From positions 62,001-126,000 of the forward strand of contig NIVC01001600.1 of assembly GCA_002269645.1 (NCBI GenBank): a stretch of DNA of 64,000 bases, read 5' to 3'. Within the stretch, counting starts at the first letter, position 1. Each line of letters opens with the position of its first letter. Of this stretch, positions 22,870-64,000 are shown one piece after another. Position numbers and translations under genes: made by a program. The stretch comes from Macrostomum lignano (lineage: Eukaryota). The notes under the pieces were generated by a model, which was not told the origin of the DNA, did no database searches, and saw only the letters and a list, made by a program, of their open reading frames with translations.

Positions 22870-25390
22870 GATGAGCCGATGGAGAGCTCCATGGATGAGG
22901 ATGCTCCAATCCCACAATTTTTTCCTCAGCAGGTCCAGTCTACAGTGTTTACTGTAGACTGTAGACTGTAGTCATTCCCAGAGCTTCTGGGAAGGAGAAA
23001 TACATCCTGATACGCTCCGATGGCTTTAGTTACAGCCGACAGTTCAGCCGTGAAGCCAGAACATATTGGAGGTGCACAGTCAGAAATGCGCACACTAAAT
23101 GTACTGCCTCAGCTCTTTAGTCAAATGGCGTATACATTAGTGGCAAGAACGAGCATACTTGTCACCCAGCATGGTCGGGCAACCGGCGCGATACGCTGAC
23201 TGGTTGCTCGAGAAGTATGCGATCAAGCTCAGGAGGAGCTCTTCAGACCTGCTGCTGAAATCGCAGAACAAGTTCTTCTGCAAAACGAAAGCAGCTTAAG
23301 AGGTCTGCCTCAGCTGCCGACAGTGAAACTGTTGGCAAAAGCAGCAAATCGAGCCCGAGCTGCACAGCGTCCCGATGAGCCACGAGATCTGAGATTTCAA
23401 CTTCAAGAAGACGCACTTCCAGATGGCTTCCTGAAAATTGAGGTCCGCATTGAAGAGAGTGGCAGACGCCACTTTATATTTGCTAGCCAGCGTCAATTAC
23501 AGCTGCTGAGACGTTGCAAGGAGTGGTTCGGCGATTGAACCTTTTCGTCGTCAAGGAACCATTTTCTACAGCTGTATATCTTTCATGGTTACGTTCGGCA
23601 GAATGAGTCTGTAAAGCAGATACCACTAGCCTACATTCTCATGTCTGGAAAGAGCAAACGAGACTACAGGCGTACGCTGCGAGCTCTCAAAGATCTGCTG
23701 CCTGAATGCAAACCGAAGAGCATCGCATTCGACTTTGAAGCCGGAATGTGGAGGGCTGCGAAGTCTGTATTTCCTAATGTGAAGCGTCATGGCTGCAGCT
23801 TTCACTATTCGCAGGCAATTTGGAGGCATATTCAATCAGTTGGCTTACAACCTGACTACACTGACGACGAGGCTGGTAATTTTGTCGCAAATTAATGGCA
23901 CTGCCTTTTCTGCCAGGCCATTGCGTGCAAGCTGCATTCATGGAGCTGCAGCAGACAATCCAAAACGAACAGCTGCGTGCGTTGTGTCAGTACGTTTCCA
24001 TAACACATGGCTCAGCAGCACTGTCTGGCAATTGGACGAAATTAGTGTTTTCCGCCATACCATCAGAACGAAGAATGAGACTGAAGGCTACCACAAACGT
24101 CTCAAACTAAAGGGCACGGGGTGGCAACCTTGGCTTTTACAAACTTGCAACCACAGAATATACCAGAATGCTCAATCAGCTTCCAAATCGAAAGCCGAAA
24201 TATAAAACCATAGACACTACTCCTGAGGTGAAGAAGAGATAAGTAGTACTGAAATTTGAGAAGTAGTCACCTTTTTGTACGCCCATTCGAGGGGGAACAT
24301 TTTTATGGACAGAAGGTCCCGATTGTATATTTGCAGCTGTAGCGAGAGCTTTCGTCTAATTTCGTCATTCTTGATGGAAGCCGTAAGCCGTTTCACTCAT
24401 GCTTGCGATCTGAGCACAGACGCAGTTGTGCTGGGCCAGATTTCTAAGCCTAGTAGCAGTCAAACTTGAAGTGGCGCATCGCCGTTTTAGAGTATCATTT
24501 TGGCATCTCAGTCGTGCTGAAGAGTTTCTCTCAACCTTGAGTTTCTGCCTTAGCTGCTGCATGGTAGCAACTCTTCGACCGGTAGGCTTGGGTAAGGGCA
24601 CAGTAATCGGCGGAGCGTCCTTTCTCGGAGACATGTCTAAAGGTTCACCTCGGACAGTCGGAGATTTTCGTTGCAGGACTGGTGGAATCGCTTTGTACAG
24701 ATTTCTAGTAGGAAACGCAGTAGTCAGTAGTTGCATGCCCGGCTCTTGGCGAAGTCTTGGGCAGCTGTACATTTCGTCAGTGAAGTGGAGGCTGCACACG
24801 ACGGCACATGCCCACTTGTGCTCGTTGGCTTCGCCAAGCAGGTCGGCTCTGTAGAGTCGGCGCGCCCATTCTTCGCATCTTGGACCATATCGATTTATTT
24901 GGAGCGGCCAAAAGGGGTATAAATCTAAGGAACGCAGGCAACTAAGCTGAGTTATTATACACTAGGCATCAAATAGATAGGATGGATGGACGGAAAGACA
25001 AGCGAAAAACATCGTCTATGGCAAAATCGATCTCAATACACTCGGGTTGATGAAAAAAGCCAGCACTGCTCACAAAATCACTTCACCTTAGAAGTAGCGT
25101 AGCTAGCGAATAGTTTTAGCCTCAAAAATGTTTCGCAGGGAGCTTGATTGAGCATTCTGGTGTATTCTGTGCTTGCAACCCTACTTTACGACGAAGCAAT
25201 GGTTAGCCAATCTCCAGGCCAAGCTGGTGTCTCAGGAGCGACTCAGCCGCTATCAGAGGCTTGTCCATCGAACGAAAGAGGCCAAGCTGCATCGTTACTG
25301 GGCCGTGTACCAGCCGGGCATCAAAACTGCAGCTAGTGCTACTACGTGCTACTACGTGCTACTCGTGCTACTACGTGCTACTAAACCAGA
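22870..25390 (+). pseudogene. MULE transposase (FLYWCH-type zinc finger plus DDE), split by a P element at 24152-25171
   Basis: DGFSY..YWRC...C...HTCH, WFGD*TF (stop within the DGTF motif), FDFEAG, GCSFHYSQ, RTKNETEGYH, and C-terminal LLYDEA...QRL...W..Y. Confidence 0.9.
24152..25171 (-). mobile_element. Internally deleted P-element-like transposon (1,020 bp) retaining THAP plus coiled coil
   Basis: TIRs CACAGAATA(T/C)ACCAGAATGCTCAATCA and 8-bp TSD CTTGCAAC (24144-24151, 25172-25179). The minus-strand frame reads RCEEWARRLYRADLL...VCSLHF...AFPT followed by a coiled coil. Confidence 0.9.
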
Positions 25391-27117
25391 CAACCCCGGC
25401 GCAATGCACAAATCAATCGATAATATATCGTGCTAGTAGTGATAATGAGGTGGGGTGGAGAAAGAAAATCTTGCTTGCACGGTCGTTAGGCGGCTGATGT
25501 AATATATCTGAATCTGAATATGAGTATATGTAATTTAAAAGTAAACGATTTCGTAGCTATTTACTTTATGTCTGCTGTATTTGTATTATAGTATTTGTAT
25601 TGTATTTATATCTTTTACTGTACTTTCCACAGTATGTATTTATGTTATTTTGCACAATAGTTTTATAATGTAGCTTTTTTTAATGACCAAATTAATATAT
25701 AATAAATTATCAATGTTCACTCGTAAAAGTTGGAGCTCTGATTTGGCACTCTCGACTGAAAATTAAAATGACGCTTCTCGCAATTCATTCATTTCATTAC
25801 ACTGAGTGAGTTTGAATTGCCGCCGGCGTCGAGTTCGCACGAACTAAGCCGGAGAATCGCGCAGTCGAATCTTAACGATTTTTCTCCTGAATACTCCGTC
25901 CTCATTTCCGGGGGGGAGGGTAGTCGTAATCGTAGTCGAACAGGCACGGTCGTTCGTAAACTCAAGGTACGTCGGAATTCGTTGATGCTTACTAATAGTA
26001 GCGTAGTGCTGCCACCACCGTAATTTATTACGGAACGTTGGGATCTCAGGGCTTGCTTAGAGTTGAGAACAATTGGTTATTTTACGCCCCACGGGCAAAT
26101 TACTCAAGATAGACTAGATTTATTGATCCAACGCAGATAAATACACTTACCATTAGTTTATTTGACTCTTATATTAAATTCAGTCAGGGCGCCACGTAAA
26201 AGACAGAGCTTGTCATTTATGTGACTGGCCCTTAAAAAAATGTTCGCTAGCCTTTTTGAAATTCCTTCATTGAAGGGAGCGAGGTGGCCGAATTAAATTG
26301 GTGCTACGTCCTCAGTTTTCAAATGCAAGGACATGTAAGCCTAGATCGAGATGGCATAATTCTTTAACCAATTGCCGACTGCAAACGTCCGGCCTGGCAA
26401 ACGTCCGGCTGGAAAACGTCGTAGACCCGTCTGCAGGATTTTGTACATCTGAATTCTGTGTAGGCGAGCGTAGCCATGCCCTAATAGATTCTTTTTTTAT
26501 CTGCCCCTCAAGGTAAAAAAGTTTGCCAACCTAGTTTTTCTATAGGGGCATCTGTTGACTTACCAGCAGGACATATAAAGAACCAAAATCAGTTAAAATG
26601 TCTGCTCATGTGAACTACGAGTACTTCGTAGTCCACTGGCAGTCTGTAAGACTGCCTTACGAGTCTCTAGCTGTGGGTCAGCGATCGTGAACGACCATAG
26701 CGCCTCGCCCACCATGTATGCGGTCGATTATAGCTGCAAAGTACAGCAAATACTCAAAGTTGGCTGAATTAGCTGTGGTGATTGGAGCTCGGCACGTCTC
26801 GTTTTATCGAATATAAGATGTTGGCGACATTAACAATTCTTCCCTGAATTTAGGGAATACTCGAAAAATTCAGCAGTTCCCGAATGACCATTGACTCTGA
26901 GCGCAGTTAGAGACTTCTCGTTAAAGACCTCCAAGACGAGTCATACAATGTGCTGTCTAGATTTCTCCTCAATCTCAATCAAGTCATCCCATTTTGTACA
27001 GACTGATCAAAGGTCCATCTGTTGTTGTTTAATTAGAATTATTATTTTATTAGTGTTTATTTGTGATCCTTAAAGGGCCGTTTAGATGGTAAAAATATTA
27101 TTCAAATATCTCTTCGC

Positions 27118-27810
27118 NNNNNNNNNNNNNNNNNNNNNNNNNNNNNNNNNNNNNNNNNNNNNNNNNNNNNNNNNNNNNNNNNNNNNNNNNNNNNNNNNNN
27201 NNNNNNNNNNNNNNNNNNNNNNNNNNNNNNNNNNNNNNNNNNNNNNNNNNNNNNNNNNNNNNNNNNNNNNNNNNNNNNNNNNNNNNNNNNNNNNNNNNNN
27301 NNNNNNNNNNNNNNNNNNNNNNNNNNNNNNNNNNNNNNNNNNNNNNNNNNNNNNNNNNNNNNNNNNNNNNNNNNNNNNNNNNNNNNNNNNNNNNNNNNNN
27401 NNNNNNNNNNNNNNNNNNNNNNNNNNNNNNNNNNNNNNNNNNNNNNNNNNNNNNNNNNNNNNNNNNNNNNNNNNNNNNNNNNNNNNNNNNNNNNNNNNNN
27501 NNNNNNNNNNNNNNNNNNNNNNNNNNNNNNNNNNNNNNNNNNNNNNNNNNNNNNNNNNNNNNNNNNNNNNNNNNNNNNNNNNNNNNNNNNNNNNNNNNNN
27601 NNNNNNNNNNNNNNNNNNNNNNNNNNNNNNNNNNNNNNNNNNNNNNNNNNNNNNNNNNNNNNNNNNNNNNNNNNNNNNNNNNNNNNNNNNNNNNNNNNNN
27701 NNNNNNNNNNNNNNNNNNNNNNNNNNNNNNNNNNNNNNNNNNNNNNNNNNNNNNNNNNNNNNNNNNNNNNNNNNNNNNNNNNNNNNNNNNNNNNNNNNNN
27801 NNNNNNNNNN
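27118..27810. other. Assembly gap (693 N)
   Basis: Run of N bases. Confidence 1.
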
Positions 27811-28135
27811 TAGAGTTATAAAAGGCATATAGCGCATGTACCAAAACTGTCAGTAAAAAATCAATTACTCTTTTATACTGAAAAAATGTACTGACCTGCC
27901 TACTTATTAATTAGCCGGTCAGTAGTATGCGTGCACAGCTAATTCACGGCGCAAATCCCTAACTTACTAGCATAGCAGGGACTGGAGCATGGATTCGCAA
28001 ATAATAATTAAATATAAAAATGCCAAAGCAAATAGGTTTCTTCTGGTTGACAAAAGAAATAAATTATACAACTGATGAAGCTACCTGCGTGAAATATATT
28101 TATATAATAAATTTACAGAGCAGACAAGTTTGGCA

Positions 28136-59784
<31,649 letters not shown>

Positions 59785-62700
59785 TTTTTGTCTGCAAAGA
59801 AAATTCAACAAAAAATTAATAAACTTGGAAGCCATTTGATATTCAATTTAAAAAACTGAAAAAAGGAACAAAACTGAAACTAAAAAAGATTTTTTGTAGA
59901 ACACAAGAAACTAACAAGATACACTAGATATGTAAATACTGAGCAACTTTAAAACAGGCTGACAGGTCATCTCTATATTTTATAGCATCTTCATCTTGCC
60001 AATTAGGGGTTGGCTTTTCAGGGTATAAATCACACAGCATTCCTTTACATAATGTTTAAGCTAAATATCTAAATCAATGTCTATGTATAAATCAAATCAA
60101 TGAGTCATGATACAAATCTATCACTAAGGAGTTTTGATCCTTTTTTCAATCATAATCCATGCTTGATATTTTTTTCAATTAAAATCTTATTAAGTGCTAA
60201 AAATTGGGCTTTATATAATCTTATTTATATATGCATGACTACCAATTGACCTAGCCAATCCAAACAAAATAAATTATGGCAGATGAAAGATAATGTTGCA
60301 AAAAATTAATGATATATCAAAGATTTTTTGGACTACTTTGTTTTTGGATAAGTTATAATTTTAGATTGCATTTTTAGTCAAAATGATATTATATAGCATA
60401 TGTAATTTCAGATGTTATGCATGATCCAATTTGATTTTACCCTTTACAATGTACTATAGATTCATCAAATAGATTCATTAACATAGATTACATCTTCAAA
60501 TATTAAAATAGGATTGTTAAAAATCTATACATATATTATAGTTAAGGAAAGCTATTAGTATACGTAAGGAATTAAACTAGCAACATTTTATAACATTTTA
60601 TTAACATTCAAAATGACCAACAAAAAATTAATAGAAGACTAGTAAAACAATATAGTATGCCATTAGTGCATAAAACTTTAATGTTAATTACCTCACTTTC
60701 ATGGCAGGCTGATCAATGGCTACAAAAAGGTTTTTTATATATATGATATTTTATGAAACACATATAGGAAAAACACATTGGTTTTAAAATAGACAAATAT
60801 TTTTTCTTTAAAAAGTAATAGAAAATATATTAGAAAGATAATAAAATATGACTATAAATATAAAAAAATATATATAGGCCAACATTTTACAAAAATGAAA
60901 GGGACTTCTTATATTAAATCTTTACTTAAAAATTTTAAATGACACAAATATAATTAAGACTTGTTAGTATATTATATCATTATTAAGAGTTATTATAGTT
61001 TTATTATTACATTATCTATTTTAAATTATATGAACAATATTTAATTAAAAGAGTAATTTGACTAAATGTTTCTTAATTGATTCCTTACTTTGCTATTTCT
61101 TTAAGTGGATTACTGAAAAACCAAGCCATTATAGGCATGATCATAATATGCCTATGCCAGAACAAATCTTCCTATAAACAATTTTGATTGCACTGTGCAT
61201 TGGAACTAATCTTATCAAACAAGTTTGCTTATTACCATATGCCAGATTTATTTTTTGTCAAAAAACATAATAACATATAGGCTTAACATTTTTGGGAGAT
61301 ATACATATAGGGGCCTAATCATTGGGGACTAGGCCAATAGTTATTATAATTTTGAGGGCACAAAAATTCTAAGAAGGGAAAAAGACAGTGAATGATTAGA
61401 AATTCTTTAAAATTAAGATAGATCTAAGCTAAGGAATGAATTTAGTTTTAAAAGAATGATGAATACTAATAATAAACAATTAACTTAATTTATCACTGAA
61501 CTGAATATTAACCTTTTAAAATCAAAAATAAAAACTTTTATATAACACTCAATTCTCCATACACATTTAATGACACTAAATCCAAAGTAAACATAATTAA
61601 AAACAAAGTCACTTTGACTTTGGCATGCGCAACGCTCCAGGAACCTATTATTTCAATGGCATAACGTTTTTTGACAAAAAACCAGCACTATGCACAAGTC
61701 ACAAGTGATTAAAAAATAAATAACCTTGGCCAACGGCCAATATAACTATAACTATCTAAATGAAATTTATACTAAGCTAATTCTTACATCTCACTAGTCT
61801 AAGTATTTCATTTGCATAATTCGTCAAAGCAGCAAGTCAAGTAACAACTAACAAGTAAGCAGTATTAGGCCTATTGACTTCCTGCGCAACGCATTTCTAA
61901 GAAAGTTAACTCTAAATCATCTGATTAGCATTTTTAAATTTTGCCGTCACTTGATATCGAAATGCGTGACCAATTAAATATAACTTCAGATCGAGAAAGA
62001 TGCATTATTTATTGCCGATTGATGAACTTTAAAAAACCTTTCAAAGTGAAGCTGTTAAAATAGTCAAAACTTTTAGCCTTGCGCCATATCTCGTTTAATA
62101 TACGCTGTTCACATGCGTGCCTTAATTTGGGCATTCAAAGTCTACTCAATCCAGAGCTAGTATCTTAATTATGTACTGAAATACCTGTTTTAATGTATAA
62201 ATCGATTCCAGTACCGTAAACGGCAATTAAATCAGAATAAATTAGTAATGAGGAGTCCTACCACCAGTAATACGATCAACAAAAACATGTAAGTACATGT
62301 ACATGTAACGTAATACGTAGTAGCGGGAGGGGAAGCAATTAGTAATCTGTTACAGAAAAAATTACCTAAAATTCATTATTCTTTCTATAATTTCTTTGTT
62401 TCGTCAAATTAAAGGTATCAAAAAAGCACCATAATTCAAGTTGCCAGTGGTAAGTGGCGTATATATAACCAGGAATTCGGTTAGGAAGATCTGATCGGTT
62501 TTCATATACGTGTGGATCCTGCAGCCTGGTAACGTACCAATAAAGGGTGCAGGGCTTGTATTCGGGAGAAAAGTTGCTTAGTCTCCCCTGTGGCTATTTT
62601 TTCGGTGCGGCGACCCAGTTTTCCTCTGGCTGCGGCCAGAATGATAAATTGTGCATTTTATTGCATGCATATATTTAGTAATACATAACATTGTCTAATT

Positions 62701-63589
62701 ATGGTAAACGCATGTGGACCTTCGATCAACTACTTTGAGAACTTAAATATCATACTTGAATTAACAAAGAGATATCGTTGCTTTTGCTTATCTATCTCTG
62801 ATCTAATAAAAAACTAAAAATAAAGACAGATTTGTTTAGTATCTTAGAAGCATTGTTTTTTAAACATCTTTTTTATTGCACAATTTTTTCTTTTGTGTTG
62901 CAATTTTCTAAGAACAGCCATGCCAAACCCAAAGATGACTTCGTCTTAAGTCTATTTAAGTCGTCCTTGGCCAAACCACAAATAGTTATTGGCTATATAA
63001 TTAGAATGCTGGTGTCTAGTGTTTCTCAATTGACTCAGTGAGAGACTAATACTTAGTTTTATATCGAATACAATATTTTTTTATAATGTCTGACTATAAA
63101 AGGCTAATAGTCCTAGACAATGTCGGAATAATCAAGTCTACACTGCTTAGGCAGGCTAGGCCTAACTTCTAACTATTTGTTAAGCCTGCTCAAATTGCTC
63201 AATTAACAATATGTTAGGCCTAACTAATATGAATAATTGTTGTTACTTGTATGTTTTACTTTAGATACATGTACTAATTCTAGTGTAAGTTTATGTAATA
63301 TTATTCCTATTGTCTTTTACCTATTGGGTAGAACCAGTAGATTATTGGGTCTATTACTTATCCTTGCAGCCCTTGTGGTCAGTAGTTTGGATTGTGTATT
63401 AGTGTATGCTAGGTGACAGGTCTGGTAGAGGAAAATTTATAAGACTGCATTTATATACCAGAACTAAAAATTGTTTTCAAGTATATATTTTGAAATTGTA
63501 TGCTTTTTAATATTTTATTCTTGAATTTATTATTTATGCAATGGCCTAACAAACTTAAAAATTATAGAGGGCCTATGGCTACACTCATA

Positions 63590-63900
63590 CATGCGCAACC
63601 CCCCTGATTTACACTGGCCATGCGACTTACTTTTTGACCAAAAATGTGACTTACCTTTGAAAGAAACCCTAAAGCAAAATAAACGCTTATTTAGGTAAAC
63701 GGCAGGAGTAACTATGACTGTCTTATCAGGCCTAAATGCCTTGGCATCTAATTAGTACTACGTCCGTATTCTTTGGGGTGGCATTTTTGCAACTTACCCC
63801 TGGTCCACCACAATTTACGGTGGCCAGATTGGCCAGGTTGGCCAGCAGTTGCGCATGTATGGCTACACTTTTGCAACGTGCACTGAGAAAAGACAATCAA
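63590..63900 (-). promoter_or_regulatory. Candidate KIF21 5' non-coding exon/promoter region
   Basis: Three GTAAGT donors on the minus strand (near 63630, 63654, 63797) in locally less AT-rich sequence, upstream of the orphan acceptor at 59791. Confidence 0.4.
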
Positions 63901-64000
63901 ATACCCTTAGTCTGCAGCCATAATCTAGATCATGCTGGGTGCACACCCAAACAAAAATTGAATAATTACAAATGTATACCAAAAAAATGTAGTGCATGCC

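Larger units (their letters stand above)
20443..26115 (+). mobile_element. MULE/Mutator transposon with long (about 300-350 bp) imperfect TIRs, interrupted by nested insertions
   Basis: 20443-20800 is the reverse complement of 25813-26115 (shared blocks TTGCCCGTGG, TACGGTGGTGGCAG, ATTACGACTACCCTCCCC, ACGCCGGCGGCAATTCA). A transposase lies inside. No TSD recognised. Confidence 0.85.

Noticed and set aside
1-26115. TE frameshifts being mostly sequencing errors
   Set aside because: The 21 host-gene exons in the same window have no frameshifts, so most TE lesions are probably real decay. The gap means read quality could still differ between the halves.
27082-27844. ORFs spanning poly-X
   Set aside because: Artefacts of the N gap.

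Overview
Eukaryotic (metazoan) genomic DNA, not prokaryotic. Minisatellite-filled introns and Ala/Ser/Gln-rich proteins would fit a flatworm such as Macrostomum, but that is an unverified inference. The left half (1-27.1 kb) is a dense nest of decayed mobile DNA. It holds a non-LTR APE endonuclease, two related Gypsy/Ty3 elements with extra 3' ORFs, a Polinton/adintovirus-type PolB fragment, a hAT derivative and MITEs. It also holds a TIR element with a 10-bp direct repeat carrying an RTE-X RT fragment, and a long-TIR MULE interrupted by an Ingi/I-type element (2A peptide, PHD, RNase H) and by a 1,020-bp THAP-only P element with an 8-bp TSD. After a 693-N gap, the right half is an intact minus-strand KIF21-family kinesin gene (18 coding exons traced by hand, 5,256 nt, about 1,751 aa). 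A complete 3-exon urocanate hydratase (UROC1, about 723 aa) is nested in KIF21 coding intron 9 on the SAME strand. Most KIF21 introns carry their own distinct minisatellite, and one intron holds a sense-oriented Penelope-like element with a hammerhead ribozyme motif. All family calls come from motif recognition by eye; no database searches were run.
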